Notes under the pieces: generated by a model
What the model saw: the letters and a program-made list of their open reading frames with translations, nothing else
Told to the model about the DNA's origin: nothing
The model's database searches: none
NCBI GenBank assembly: GCA_036508875.1
Contig: DATCGP010000012.1
Location: 2,162-66,161, forward strand
Source of the DNA: Coriobacteriia bacterium
Lineage (GTDB): Bacteria; Actinomycetota; Coriobacteriia; Anaerosomatales; PALSA-660
Length of the DNA stretch: 64,000 nucleotides
Reading direction: 5' to 3'
Position numbers and translations under genes: made by a program
Shown: positions 19,014 to 28,571 of the stretch, piece by piece
Layout of the letters: every line of letters starts with the position of its first letter
Numbering within the stretch: the first letter of the stretch is position 1

Positions 19014-20564
19014 ATGCCGGTTCTCGAACTGCGTGAGATAACCAAGGTCTTCCCGGGAGTCCGCGCCAACGACCGGGTCTCGCTGACGCTCGAACGAGGC
19101 GAGATCGTCGCGCTGCTGGGTGAGAACGGGGCCGGCAAGTCGACACTCATGAATGTGGCCTACGGGCTGCTGTCGGCCGACGGCGGCGAGATCCTGGTGG
19201 ATGGCGCACCCGTCCGCATCAGGAGTCCTCGCGATGCGATCGCCCTGGGCATAGGCATGGTCCACCAGCACTTCATGCTCGTCGAGCCGCTCACCGTGAC
19301 CGAGAACATCATCCTCGGGCACGAGCCCACGCGTTTCGGCGTGGTGGACCGCAAGGGCGCGCGGAAGCGCGTGGAAGAGCTGTCGCAGCAGTACGGGCTC
19401 AAGGTCGAACCCGATGCGGTGGTTCGCGACCTCTCAGTCGGCATGCAACAGCGCGTCGAGATACTCAAGGCCCTGTACCAGGGCGCTCGCATACTGATCC
19501 TCGACGAGCCCACCGCCGTCCTCACCCCGCAGGAAGTCCGGGAGTTGTTCCGCGTCATCAGGTCGCTCGTCGACGCGGGGCTGTCGGTCGTCTTGATCAC
19601 GCACAAGCTCGACGAGGTCATGGGCGCGGCGGACCGGGTCGTAGTCATGCGTGACGGGCGCGTGGTAGGGGAGACGACACCGAAGGAGACCGACCAGATC
19701 GGGCTCGCGCGCATGATGGTGGGACGTGACGTCGTGCTTCGGATCGACAAGGCCGAGGCCCACCCGACCGAAGTCGTGCTCCGCGTCACCGACCTCGTCG
19801 TGAAGAGCCAGCGCGGGCTCGAGTCTCTCAAGGGTGTCTCGCTCGAGGTCCGGGCTGGCGAGATCGTCGGGATCGCGGGTGTCGATGGCAACGGCCAGAC
19901 GGAGCTCGTCGAGGCGATCGTGGGCCTGCGCCGGGCGAACAGCGGGAAGATCGCGCTGAAGGACCGCGACATCACGCGCGCGTCGACGCGGAAGACGATC
20001 GAAGCGGGCGTATCGCATGTCCCCGAAGACCGGCACAGGCGGGGTCTCATACTCGAATTCGACGTGGCGGAGAACCTCATCCTCGGCGACCATCGCCGGA
20101 TGCCCTTCGCCAGGATGGGCATCACCCGGCCGGGTGCCATCTCGATCACCGCGCGCAAGCGGATCGAGGACTACGACATCCGCACGCCTTCCGAGTACGT
20201 GTTGGCGGGTGCGCTTTCGGGCGGCAACCAGCAGAAGGTGGTGCTCGCGCGGGAACTTGGGCGGGAGCCCGAGCTGCTCGTCGCGGCCCAGCCGACCCGC
20301 GGCCTCGACGTCGGGGCGATCGAGTTCGTGCACCGCAGGCTCATCGCCGAACGTGACAGCGGGACAGCGATCCTGCTCGTGAGCATGGAGCTGGAGGAGG
20401 TCATGTACTTGTCCGACCGCATCCTCGTGATGTACGGGGGCTATGTGGTCGCTGAGTTTGAAGCCGGTGAGGTCGATGCGGAGCGGATCGGCTACTACAT
20501 GACCGGCGGCAAGCCCACCGAGTCGGCGGCCGAACCGGTCGTGGCGTCGGGGGGTGCGCTGTGA
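19014..20564 (+). CDS. ABC transporter ATP-binding protein with duplicated ATPase domains (sugar/nucleoside type)
   Basis: Two Walker A sites (GENGAGKST, GVDGNGQTE) and two signatures (LSVGMQQRVEI, LSGGNQQKVVLAR). Confidence 0.93.
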   Translation: MPVLELREITKVFPGVRANDRVSLTLERGEIVALLGENGAGKSTLMNVAYGLLSADGGEILVDGAPVRIRSPRDAIALGIGMVHQHFMLVEPLTVTENIILGHEPTRFGVVDRKGARKRVEELSQQYGLKVEPDAVVRDLSVGMQQRVEILKALYQGARILILDEPTAVLTPQEVRELFRVIRSLVDAGLSVVLITHKLDEVMGAADRVVVMRDGRVVGETTPKETDQIGLARMMVGRDVVLRIDKAEAHPTEVVLRVTDLVVKSQRGLESLKGVSLEVRAGEIVGIAGVDGNGQTELVEAIVGLRRANSGKIALKDRDITRASTRKTIEAGVSHVPEDRHRRGLILEFDVAENLILGDHRRMPFARMGITRPGAISITARKRIEDYDIRTPSEYVLAGALSGGNQQKVVLARELGREPELLVAAQPTRGLDVGAIEFVHRRLIAERDSGTAILLVSMELEEVMYLSDRILVMYGGYVVAEFEAGEVDAERIGYYMTGGKPTESAAEPVVASGGAL

Positions 20565-21709
20565 GCGAGAGTCATGAAGCCACCGTCACCGAGTCACGGT
20601 GGATGAGCGTTCTGCGGACGATCGGCGTGCCGATCCTGTCGGTCTTGCTCGCAGTGGGGATCGGTTCCCTGATCCTCTTGGCGGGAGGATATGACCCGCT
20701 GAAGGCGTACGCGGCACTGTTCCAGGGCGCCTTCGGCGGCCCGATGCGCAAGCCCCTCGACGCGATCGGCGACACGCTGGTGCGCTCGACGCCGCTCATG
20801 TTCACAGGCCTCGCGGTCGGCTTCGGCTTCCGCGCGAACCTGTTCAACATCGGCGCCGAGGGCCAGTTCATCCTCGGGTCCCTCGGAGCGGCATGGTTCG
20901 GCCTGCTCTTCGCCGGCCTGCCCACCATCGCGAGCATCCCTTTGATCCTGATCGGGGCGGCGCTGTTCGGCGCTGCCTGGGCGTTCATCCCGGCGTTGCT
21001 CAAGGCCCGGACCGGAGCGCACGAGGTCATCACGACGATGATGTTCTCGTGGATCGCCCTGTACCTCACCTCGTGGATCATCTCGGGCCCTCTTGCAGAG
21101 TCCGCGACGAACAACTTCCAGACCCCGATGCTGTCGTCGGCAGTCTGGCTGCCCACGCTCGACAAGATCATCCCGGGGCTCCCGGCGCTGAAGTACGCGC
21201 ACGCGGGGCTTCTCGTAGCCATCGCGGCGGCGATCGTCGTCGCACTGCTGCTACGCCGGACGACCCTGGGATACGAGGTGCGGGCGGTCGGGTTCAACCC
21301 AACGGCCGCGCAGAACGGCGGCATCTCGATACCTCTGACCACGATCTGGGCCTTGTGCATCTCGGGCGCGCTCGCGGGCATGGCCGGCGCCTCGGAGGTC
21401 CTCGGGGTCACGCACCGGATGTACGACCAGGTCTCGGCGGGGGCGGGATACGGCTTCACGGGGATCGCGGTCGCCCTGCTCGGCAGGAAGAACCCGGCCG
21501 GGATCATCGTCGCGGCGCTGCTCTTCGGAGCGCTCTCCGCCGGTTCCGGCACGATGCAGCTCTTCGCGAGCGTGCCTGACAAGATCGTCATGATCATCCA
21601 GGCGCTGATCATCTTCTTCGTGGGTGCGGAGACGATCGTCAGCTGGTATGTGAAGCGGCGCCAGAGACTCGCGCTCGAGCGAAGGGGAGCCGGCCATGCT
21701 GCTGAGTGA
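20561..21709 (+). CDS. ABC transporter permease (BPD_transp_2 family)
   Basis: 382 aa polytopic protein. GTGA overlap with the ATPase gene. TGAHEVITTMM motif region. Confidence 0.88.
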   Translation: MSESHEATVTESRWMSVLRTIGVPILSVLLAVGIGSLILLAGGYDPLKAYAALFQGAFGGPMRKPLDAIGDTLVRSTPLMFTGLAVGFGFRANLFNIGAEGQFILGSLGAAWFGLLFAGLPTIASIPLILIGAALFGAAWAFIPALLKARTGAHEVITTMMFSWIALYLTSWIISGPLAESATNNFQTPMLSSAVWLPTLDKIIPGLPALKYAHAGLLVAIAAAIVVALLLRRTTLGYEVRAVGFNPTAAQNGGISIPLTTIWALCISGALAGMAGASEVLGVTHRMYDQVSAGAGYGFTGIAVALLGRKNPAGIIVAALLFGALSAGSGTMQLFASVPDKIVMIIQALIIFFVGAETIVSWYVKRRQRLALERRGAGHAAE

Positions 21710-22688
21710 TTTCTTCACGCCCGACCTGTTCGCGAGCGCGATCCGCATCGCGACACCTCTGGCGCTCGCGGCGATCGGCGGCGCGATCTGCGAGCGCTCG
21801 GGTGTCGTGAACATCGCGCTGGAAGGGATCATGCTCGTCGGCGCGTTCGCCGGCGTCGTGATCACGCTCGCGATGGAAGCGAGCAAGGTGCCGTTCCTCG
21901 TCGACAACGCGGTCTGGTTCGGAGTTCTTGCCGCCGTTCTCGCGGGTACTGCCCTCTCTGCGATCCACGCGTTCGCGTCGGTGACGCTGCGGATGGACCA
22001 GATCGTCTCCGGCACAGCCCTGAACATCCTGGCGCTCGGGCTCACGGGCTTCCTGCTCGAGGTGATCTACGGCCACGCCGGCGCGACCAACAGCGTCGTC
22101 CATCAGTTGCAGCCGGTCTTCGACTTCCCGGCGGTGCAGGGCGCGGGGTTCTGGTCGGACGTGTGGTACTGGATCGACCAGCTCGTCTTCAGCTACACGC
22201 CGATCGTGTACATGGCGATCATCGCAGCGATCGTCGGTCAGTGGGCGATGTTCCGGACCCGCTGGGGGCTGCGCCTGCGCGCGCTGGGCGAGCATCCGAG
22301 GGCGGCCGACACGGTCGGCGTGCGGATCCAGCGCGGCCGGTACATGGCGGTGCTGATGTCCGGAGCCTTGGCTGGCCTCGGCGGGGCGTACCTGAGTCTC
22401 GAGCAGAACAGTTCCTTCAGCGAGAACATGACGAGCGGCCGGGGCTTCATCGCTCTCGCGGCGAACATCTTCGGCCGATGGACGCCGATCGGAGGCTACC
22501 TCGCGTCCCTGTTGTTCGGGTTCGCGGAGGCGCTCGAGATCAAGATGCAGGGGTTCCGGGACGTCTTCCAGATCCCGACGCAGTTCTTCCTCATGCTGCC
22601 CTACGTTTTGACAGTGGTCGTGCTCGCGGGCTTCATGGGCAGGGCGGTCGGTCCGGCGGAAGTCGGGGTGCCGTACGAGAAGGAGTAG
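21696..22688 (+). CDS. ABC transporter permease (second subunit)
   Basis: 330 aa polytopic protein. Overlaps the upstream permease gene by 14 nt. Confidence 0.88.
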   Translation: MLLSDFFTPDLFASAIRIATPLALAAIGGAICERSGVVNIALEGIMLVGAFAGVVITLAMEASKVPFLVDNAVWFGVLAAVLAGTALSAIHAFASVTLRMDQIVSGTALNILALGLTGFLLEVIYGHAGATNSVVHQLQPVFDFPAVQGAGFWSDVWYWIDQLVFSYTPIVYMAIIAAIVGQWAMFRTRWGLRLRALGEHPRAADTVGVRIQRGRYMAVLMSGALAGLGGAYLSLEQNSSFSENMTSGRGFIALAANIFGRWTPIGGYLASLLFGFAEALEIKMQGFRDVFQIPTQFFLMLPYVLTVVVLAGFMGRAVGPAEVGVPYEKE

Positions 22689-22721
22689 CGGAGCGAGCTC
22701 CCAGGTCCGCAGCGGACGAGG

Positions 22722-22949
22722 CTACTCGAGCGGATCGTCCTCTTCGGCGTCCTCTTCCTTCAAGGCCCTGTCCAGCAGCGGCCGAGCGATCAATATCGCG
22801 GCGAAGGCCCCGAACACGATCACGTCGAGCACGTCCGGTGTGAAATTCCACCCCCGGAGACCGGACTCCACGACGTAGGCGACGACCGCGACGGTGAGCA
22901 GCACGGGCCATGAGAGCCGGAGTCCCGCGGGTCGCAACGATGGACTCAT
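22722..22949 (-). CDS. Small two-TM membrane protein with an acidic C-terminus (75 aa), translationally coupled to the DUF4349 gene
   Basis: ATG at 22949 overlaps the DUF4349 stop (ATGA). High GC3. Two hydrophobic helices, then KEEDAEEDDPLE. Confidence 0.55.
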   Translation of the reverse strand: MSPSLRPAGLRLSWPVLLTVAVVAYVVESGLRGWNFTPDVLDVIVFGAFAAILIARPLLDRALKEEDAEEDDPLE

Positions 22950-24007
22950 GCGACCGGCCCCTCGGGGCGGTTGTCGGAGGGCGAGGTCGGCGGGGCGGTG
23001 GGGTTCGCGACCGGTGCATGCACGGGCCGGCCGCGCCGCATGAGCCGACGCACGATCCACACGATGAGCCAGACCGGCAGGCCCACGAAGACGAGCAGGG
23101 CGAGCACCGGCCCGAGCATCACGATCAGATCGTTCATCGTGCCCACGAATGCGCGGAAGGCGTCGGTGAAAGCCTTCGCGATACCCCAGTCCGTGCCGCC
23201 GGCCGGGCTGATCAGCGGCGTGGGCTCAGTGAGTTCGATGGTGACCGTGGCCATCGCGGCCTGGCGCTCGAGATAGGCGATCTGCGCCTGCATCGACTCG
23301 ATGTCGCCCTGGACGCGGGTGAGCTCCTGTTCGATCGCGAGCATGTCGGAGACCTTTGTCGCCTTCGTGAACATCTGGCGCAACCGCGCCTGCTCCGTCT
23401 TTAGGTTGCCTATCCGAGCCTGCATGTCGACATGCTGCTGCGTCACGTCGTCGGCGCTCTCCGACTGATACAGCACCGTGCCCAGTTTGGCGGCGTCCGC
23501 GATGAACGACTGGTACGTATCAGCGGGCACGCGGACGGTAACGAATGCGCGGAGCGGGACCGATGAGGCCGATGAACCCGACGAAGGGTTCGTGTCGGTC
23601 GCAAGCGGATACACCGGCTGGTCGACCGAGGTCGACACCTGCATCGCCGTGATGTCGCCGCGGTCTTGCGTGGTGAGGTCCCGGATCTTGGTGAGCGCGG
23701 CCTGCACGTCGGTCGCTTCTATGCGCAGCGTCTTGTTCACGACGACGAGCTTCTGGGTGGCGGGGACGAAAGCGGAGTTCGCGCTGTCCTTGGACGGGGT
23801 GGCGGAGGGCACGCTCATCTCGCCGCTCACGCCGGAGTCCGGTATCCCTAGGCTAGGGGCGGCCACGCCCGCGGAACCTGCCGTCGTCGTGCTCTGGTCG
23901 GAGGCGCTGCGCGAGCAGCCGTTCGCGAAAGCGACGATCGCGATGGCCGCGAAGATCGCCATGGCCAGCGCCCATGTGCGGTGCCTGGGTTCCTGCATCG
24001 TGCTCAC
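22946..24007 (-). CDS. DUF4349-like lipoprotein/membrane protein
   Basis: Lipobox FANGC and a Ser/Thr-rich linker. Coiled-coil segment (ARIGNLKTEQARLRQMF...RVQGDIESMQAQIAYLERQ) followed by TVTIELTE and C-terminal TM helices, which is the typical DUF4349 layout. Confidence 0.75.
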   Translation of the reverse strand: MSTMQEPRHRTWALAMAIFAAIAIVAFANGCSRSASDQSTTTAGSAGVAAPSLGIPDSGVSGEMSVPSATPSKDSANSAFVPATQKLVVVNKTLRIEATDVQAALTKIRDLTTQDRGDITAMQVSTSVDQPVYPLATDTNPSSGSSASSVPLRAFVTVRVPADTYQSFIADAAKLGTVLYQSESADDVTQQHVDMQARIGNLKTEQARLRQMFTKATKVSDMLAIEQELTRVQGDIESMQAQIAYLERQAAMATVTIELTEPTPLISPAGGTDWGIAKAFTDAFRAFVGTMNDLIVMLGPVLALLVFVGLPVWLIVWIVRRLMRRGRPVHAPVANPTAPPTSPSDNRPEGPVA

Positions 24008-24061
24008 GGTCCCTTCGCTTCGGGGCGGCCCGCCGGCCTGTCGCCGCCCACTGAATACTGT

Positions 24062-24108
24062 CCCCCGAAAACAGCGAACGCCCGTCGCGGGCGCGAGCGG
24101 GCGTTCGG
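24062..24108 (-). terminator. Rho-independent terminator for the small membrane-protein gene (minus strand)
   Basis: Inverted repeat CGAACGCCCGTCGCG / CGCGAGCGGGCGTTCG. On the minus strand it is followed by CUGUUUUCGGGGG. Confidence 0.65.
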
Positions 24109-24130
24109 CACAGGTGAGCGAAAGGTTGGA

Positions 24131-24295
24131 TCAGTCCTTGTGCTGCTCCTTCTGAGAGCGAGCCGCCTCGGAGCGCTTGAACGCGCGAGCAGCATAGATG
24201 CTGCCTGCTATTCCGATCGCACACACGACGAAGAAGGCGAGGATCAAGGTGTTGGTAACCGACATGGCCAGAAACGAGCCAAACACGTCATACAT
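24131..24295 (-). CDS. Small single-pass membrane protein (54 aa)
   Basis: GGAGGTG RBS lies 9 nt before ATG 24295. One TM helix (TLILAFFVVCAIGIAGSIY), then a basic tail. GC3 is about 76%, and the gene has its own terminator. The longer 81-aa ORF start is unsupported. Confidence 0.5.
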   Translation of the reverse strand: MYDVFGSFLAMSVTNTLILAFFVVCAIGIAGSIYAARAFKRSEAARSQKEQHKD

Positions 24296-24570
24296 CCGTT
24301 CGTTCACCTCCAACAACGCTTGTGCGGACGAGTCCCGTTCGCACTCGATTGTACCGATGACCCACCGCAGCAGCAAGCCGCGGCGGTGCCTTCTGCCCGT
24401 TCATTTCGCTGTCAAGGAGCGGTTCCCTGCATGGCCGTCCAAACACCTTCGACGCGGGGTTGCGGGCGACAGTTCACGCGGCGTCGACAGATGGGGCCGC
24501 ATCGTTCGATCCCGTTCCCGGGATCGGGCCTTGCGAGGGCGGCATTCGCCGGCTTCGAGGCCTATTTGTG

Positions 24571-24602
24571 TTGCAAAGTGGGATGTGGTGGGATAGAGTG
24601 GC
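24571..24602 (+). promoter_or_regulatory. Putative dcw (Pmra-like) promoter overlapped by three GTGGG-type direct repeats (candidate MraZ operator)
   Basis: TTGCAA (24571-76), 17 nt spacer, TAGAGT (24594-99). GTGGG at 24578, GTGGG at 24588 and GTGGC at 24598, spaced exactly 10 bp apart. Lies about 90 nt upstream of mraZ. Confidence 0.6.
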
Positions 24603-24687
24603 ATCCAAGGAGAGCGCCGCGGGCGGGCGCCCACCGGAGCGGACGGGACAGCCCACGAAGTGGGCGACATGAGGCGGGGAGTGGCGG

Positions 24688-25122
24688 GTGTTCCTCGGGG
24701 AGTTCCAGCACACGGTCGACGCGAAAGGCAGGGTCTCGCTCCCGCGCAAGCACCGGGACGAGATCGGCTCTCGCGTGGTCGTGACGCAGGGGCTCGACAA
24801 GTGCCTCTACGTGTTCTCGCCTGACGGATACCACGACTTCGTCCGCGAGGTCCTCGGGAACAGCAGCCTAGGCCATGAGGCCCGGGCGGTGCAGCGCCAT
24901 TTCATCGCGGGCGCGTCCGAGGTCGACGTGGACGCGGCAGGACGGATCGCCATCAGCCCCGCGCTGAGGAAGTTCGGCGCGATCTCGCGAGACGTGATCA
25001 TCGCGGGCGTCGCCGACCATGTCGAGATCTGGGACGTGGAGCGGTGGTCCGCTTACCAGGAGACCAACCTGTCGACCATCGAGGATGCCGCGGACAAGCT
25101 CGCTACACGCGGCATCCTCTAG
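24688..25122 (+). CDS. mraZ: Division/cell wall cluster transcriptional regulator MraZ
   Basis: FLGEFQHTVDAKGRVSLP and a second SpoVT-AbrB repeat (DAAGRIAISPALR...DHVEIWD). GTG start. Confidence 0.95.
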   Translation: MFLGEFQHTVDAKGRVSLPRKHRDEIGSRVVVTQGLDKCLYVFSPDGYHDFVREVLGNSSLGHEARAVQRHFIAGASEVDVDAAGRIAISPALRKFGAISRDVIIAGVADHVEIWDVERWSAYQETNLSTIEDAADKLATRGIL

Positions 25123-25127
25123 CGACC

Positions 25128-26066
25128 TTGACAACGGAATACCGGCATACCCCGGTCTTGCTGGCCGAGGTCACGCACCAATTGTCACCGCACCCAGGCT
25201 CCATCATCGTCGACGCCACGCTCGGTGGCGGAGGTCACGCCGCAAAGATCGCAGCGGCGATAGCGCCCGATGGTCTCCTCATCGGGATCGACCAGGATGA
25301 TGCAGCTCTCGCAGCAGCAACCGCACTACGCCTCGGCCAGCAGGCCATATTCCTCAAGGGCAATTTCGGGGACCTCGACCGCCTTCTGACGGAAGCGAAG
25401 GTCCCGTACGTCGACGGGTTCCTGTTCGATCTGGGTGTCTCGTCGCCTCAGCTGGACTTCGCCGAGCGCGGCTTCTCGTACCAGACCGACGCTCCGCTCG
25501 ACATGAGGATGGATCCGAACGCGGGCGGCATCACAGCTGCAGACGTAGTCGATTCGTACCAGGAAGCAGACCTCGCCCGCGTGATACGGGACTACGGGGA
25601 AGAACGGTGGGCCTCGCGCATCGCAGCATTCATCGTAGCCGCGCGAGCCCGCCGCCCCGTCGCCACAACGTTCGACCTCGTCGACGTTATCAAGGCCGCC
25701 GTACCCGCGGCGGCGCGCAAGGATGGGCCGCACCCGGCCCGGCGCACGTTCCAGGCGCTGCGCATCGAGGTCAACCGCGAGCTGGAAGTCCTCGAGCAGG
25801 CGCTCGACGCGGCAGTCAGGTGGCTCGTTCCCGGCGGTCGGATCGTCGTGATCTCGTATCACTCCCTTGAGGACCGTGTCGTGAAGCAGTCGTTCGCGAA
25901 GCTGTCGCAGGGCTGTACGTGCCCGCCCGACCTGCCCGTCTGCGTATGTGACGCGAAGCCGGTACTCCGAGTGCTCACCCGCAGGGCGATCACGCCCTCA
26001 GCGGACGAAGTGGAGCGCAACCCGAGGTCGCGCAGCGCGAAGCTGCGGGCCGCGGAGAAGATGTAG
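25128..26066 (+). CDS. rsmH: 16S rRNA (cytosine1402-N4)-methyltransferase RsmH
   Basis: HTPVLLAEV, DATLGGGGHA, FLFDLGVSSPQLD, ISYHSLEDR. TTG 25128 is proposed as the start; the start is uncertain. Confidence 0.92.
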   Translation: MTTEYRHTPVLLAEVTHQLSPHPGSIIVDATLGGGGHAAKIAAAIAPDGLLIGIDQDDAALAAATALRLGQQAIFLKGNFGDLDRLLTEAKVPYVDGFLFDLGVSSPQLDFAERGFSYQTDAPLDMRMDPNAGGITAADVVDSYQEADLARVIRDYGEERWASRIAAFIVAARARRPVATTFDLVDVIKAAVPAAARKDGPHPARRTFQALRIEVNRELEVLEQALDAAVRWLVPGGRIVVISYHSLEDRVVKQSFAKLSQGCTCPPDLPVCVCDAKPVLRVLTRRAITPSADEVERNPRSRSAKLRAAEKM

Positions 26067-26129
26067 GCGTCAGCAGGTGAGGCCGTGCCCGCGGGTGCGG
26101 CCCCGATGAGAGAGGGGGGTGGCGAGAAG

Positions 26130-26735
26130 ATGGGCATGCCGGCACGCAGGATCGAAGCCAATCCCTTCGAGCATCGCGGCAACCACCTCCGTCTCGTCAC
26201 GACACCCCCGGCCCCCGCGCCAGCGGGGAAGCGGCCGACGCGAACTGTCAAGCCCAAGACGTCGGCCAAGGCCATCGCGGCGACCCGTGCGCGCAACCGC
26301 GCAGCAGAAGCCAGGGCCAAGGCGGCCTTCATGACCTTCCTCGCCGTCTTCGTCTTCGCCGTGGCACTGGGCAGCGCGCGCGTGACGCTGCTCGTGCAGG
26401 CCTCCGAGGCGAGCATCGTCCAGAGCAGGATCCAGGCTGACATCAAGACGCAGCGCGCTGAGGTGGACCAGCTCCAGGAGGACAAGAGCGCACTTTCGAC
26501 GCCGTCCCGCATCGCCGGGATCGCCTCCACGTCGATGGGCATGGGTGAGCCTGCTGCGGTCCGCTACATCACATTGCCGGACTCGGCCACCACCGCATCT
26601 CAGGGCGCAGGCACAGCCACTTCCGCAGCCCCCCAAGACACCATCGGGCGTCTGTTCAGTGCGCTCGTGGAACTCTCAGCGGGCGAGGCCCAGTCCCTGC
26701 TCGTCGGCGACGTCGGCCTTGCGGGGTCGCGCTAG
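26130..26735 (+). CDS. ftsL: Cell division protein FtsL-like (single TM plus coiled coil)
   Basis: Basic N-terminus, TM helix FMTFLAVFVFAVALG, coiled coil IQADIKTQRAEVDQLQEDKSAL. Sits in the canonical rsmH-ftsL-ftsI position. Start is uncertain (26085, 26130 or 26136). Confidence 0.75.
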   Translation: MGMPARRIEANPFEHRGNHLRLVTTPPAPAPAGKRPTRTVKPKTSAKAIAATRARNRAAEARAKAAFMTFLAVFVFAVALGSARVTLLVQASEASIVQSRIQADIKTQRAEVDQLQEDKSALSTPSRIAGIASTSMGMGEPAAVRYITLPDSATTASQGAGTATSAAPQDTIGRLFSALVELSAGEAQSLLVGDVGLAGSR

Positions 26736-26738
26736 CCG

Positions 26739-28571
26739 ATGGCGCCGCGCACCCGACAGGGTGGGGGAACGGGTCGAGGCCCGCGCCGCCACCCTTCAGC
26801 GATGAGGTCGCGGTTTCTCGTCGTGCTCATGATCGCCCTTCTCGCGGTCGTCGCCGGTCGTCTCGTCTGGATCCAGGTGGTACAGGCGTCCGAGCTGGCG
26901 CAGATGGCACAGCGCCAGCGCACGCGCGACATCGTGCTCCCGGCGCGGCGCGGCTCGATCCTGGACCGTGATGGGCAGGAGCTCGCTGTCACCAATGACG
27001 CGAAGACCATCTTCGCGGACCCGCGCGAGATCGTCGACGCGACGGCCACTGCCTCGGCGATAGCCAAGGTCACAGGCGGTTCCGCGAAGGACTACCTTGC
27101 GAGGTTCCAGCGCGGAGGGTCGTTCGCCTACATAGAGCGCAAGCTTGACCTGGCAACCGCTGCCGAGCTCATGAAGCTCGACCTCGCCGGCATCTACCAG
27201 CAGGACGACTCCCGACGCGCCTATCCGGGCGGGAACCTCGCATGTCAGGTGCTCGGCTTCGTCGGGGTCGATGACAAGGGTCTCGAGGGCATCGAGAAGC
27301 AGTACGACAGCACGCTGGCCGGCACTCCCGGCCGCAGCGTGGCCGAACGCGACCGCCAAGGCCGCGTGTTCCCGGGCGGTGTCATCAGCATCCAGGAACC
27401 GGTCGACGGCCAGAACGTCTTCCTGACCATCGACAAGGACATCCAGTACAAGGCGCAGGCGGAGCTCGCCGCCGCGGTGAAGCAGTTCGGGGCGAAGGGC
27501 GGCTCGGTCATCGTCATGGACCCGACCAATGGCGAGATCCTGGCCATGGCATCGACGCCGTACTTCGATCCGAACGACTACGGATCGGCTTCGGCGAGCG
27601 CGAAGAAGAACAAGGCGATCACCGACACCTACGAGCCAGGTTCGACCGCCAAAGCCATGACCGCAGCCGCCTCGATCGACGCCGGCCTGTTCACCCCTTC
27701 GAGCATGTTCCACCTGCCGTCGACTCTGAAGATAGGCGGCCGGACCATCCATGAAGCCCACGCCCGCGGCGCGGTCGACTACTCGCTCACACAGATAGTC
27801 ACGAAGTCCAGCAACGTCGGCGCGGTGAAGATCGGCCAGGCGCTCGGCAAGGTGCGGCTCGCCGACTACTTCGCAAGGTTCGGTCTGAGCCAGCGCACCG
27901 GCGTGGACTACCCGGGCGAGGCCAAGGGCTCGATGCCCTCCGTCGACCAGATGTCCGCCTCGAGCATGGGCAACCTGCCGTTCGGGCAGGGGCTGTCGGT
28001 GACTCCGCTGCAGCTCGCGCGTGCCCTGAGCGCCATAGCAAACGGAGGCACGCTGGTCACGCCGCACTTCCTGTACCAGCAGGCGTCGGTCCCCGCGACG
28101 TTCCACGCGTACCCCGAGCCGATCATCTCGAAAGAGGCGGCATCCGACACGGTCCGCATGCTCACCGACGTGGTCCGCGACGGTACCGGCACCGCAGCCA
28201 AGGTCCGCGGCTACGAAGTCGCGGGCAAGACCGGTACCGCCCAGATCGCCAGGCCGGACGGCCGGGGCTACATGGGCGGCGGCGCCTATATAGCGTCGTT
28301 CGCGGGGTTCCTACCGGCCGGCGCACCGAAGGTGCTCATCGTCATCACCATCGACCGTCCTTCGAGCGGACTCTTCGGCGGCACCGTGGCGGCGCCGGCG
28401 TTCTCGCGGCTGGCGACCTTCTGTGTGGCTCACCTCCGGATCGCTCCCGCCGCTTCCGTGGGATCGCTGATGACGAACGCGACGACCGGGGGAGCTGCGG
28501 GTAACGGTCCCGGTACGGGCGCGACGGATGAGTCCTCGACGGTGCTAGAGTCGAACACCCCAGGTCAGTGA
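26739..28571 (+). CDS. ftsI: Class B penicillin-binding protein (FtsI/PBP3-like transpeptidase)
   Basis: N-terminal TM helix, PBP dimer domain, SxxK (GSTAK), SxN (KSSN), KTG (GKTGTA). Confidence 0.93.
   Translation: MAPRTRQGGGTGRGPRRHPSAMRSRFLVVLMIALLAVVAGRLVWIQVVQASELAQMAQRQRTRDIVLPARRGSILDRDGQELAVTNDAKTIFADPREIVDATATASAIAKVTGGSAKDYLARFQRGGSFAYIERKLDLATAAELMKLDLAGIYQQDDSRRAYPGGNLACQVLGFVGVDDKGLEGIEKQYDSTLAGTPGRSVAERDRQGRVFPGGVISIQEPVDGQNVFLTIDKDIQYKAQAELAAAVKQFGAKGGSVIVMDPTNGEILAMASTPYFDPNDYGSASASAKKNKAITDTYEPGSTAKAMTAAASIDAGLFTPSSMFHLPSTLKIGGRTIHEAHARGAVDYSLTQIVTKSSNVGAVKIGQALGKVRLADYFARFGLSQRTGVDYPGEAKGSMPSVDQMSASSMGNLPFGQGLSVTPLQLARALSAIANGGTLVTPHFLYQQASVPATFHAYPEPIISKEAASDTVRMLTDVVRDGTGTAAKVRGYEVAGKTGTAQIARPDGRGYMGGGAYIASFAGFLPAGAPKVLIVITIDRPSSGLFGGTVAAPAFSRLATFCVAHLRIAPAASVGSLMTNATTGGAAGNGPGTGATDESSTVLESNTPGQ

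Noticed and set aside
24198-24687. ORFs of 70-132 aa on both strands in the region upstream of mraZ (for example 24198-24596 +, 24401-24670 -, 24460-24672 +).
   Set aside because: They have Arg/Ser-rich composition and no RBS. They also overlap the better-supported small membrane-protein gene or the dcw promoter and leader.
24688-25122. The SpoVT/AbrB-fold protein considered as a MazE-like antitoxin.
   Set aside because: It has the duplicated MraZ-type domain and is followed by rsmH-ftsL-ftsI, so it is canonical MraZ. No toxin gene is adjacent.
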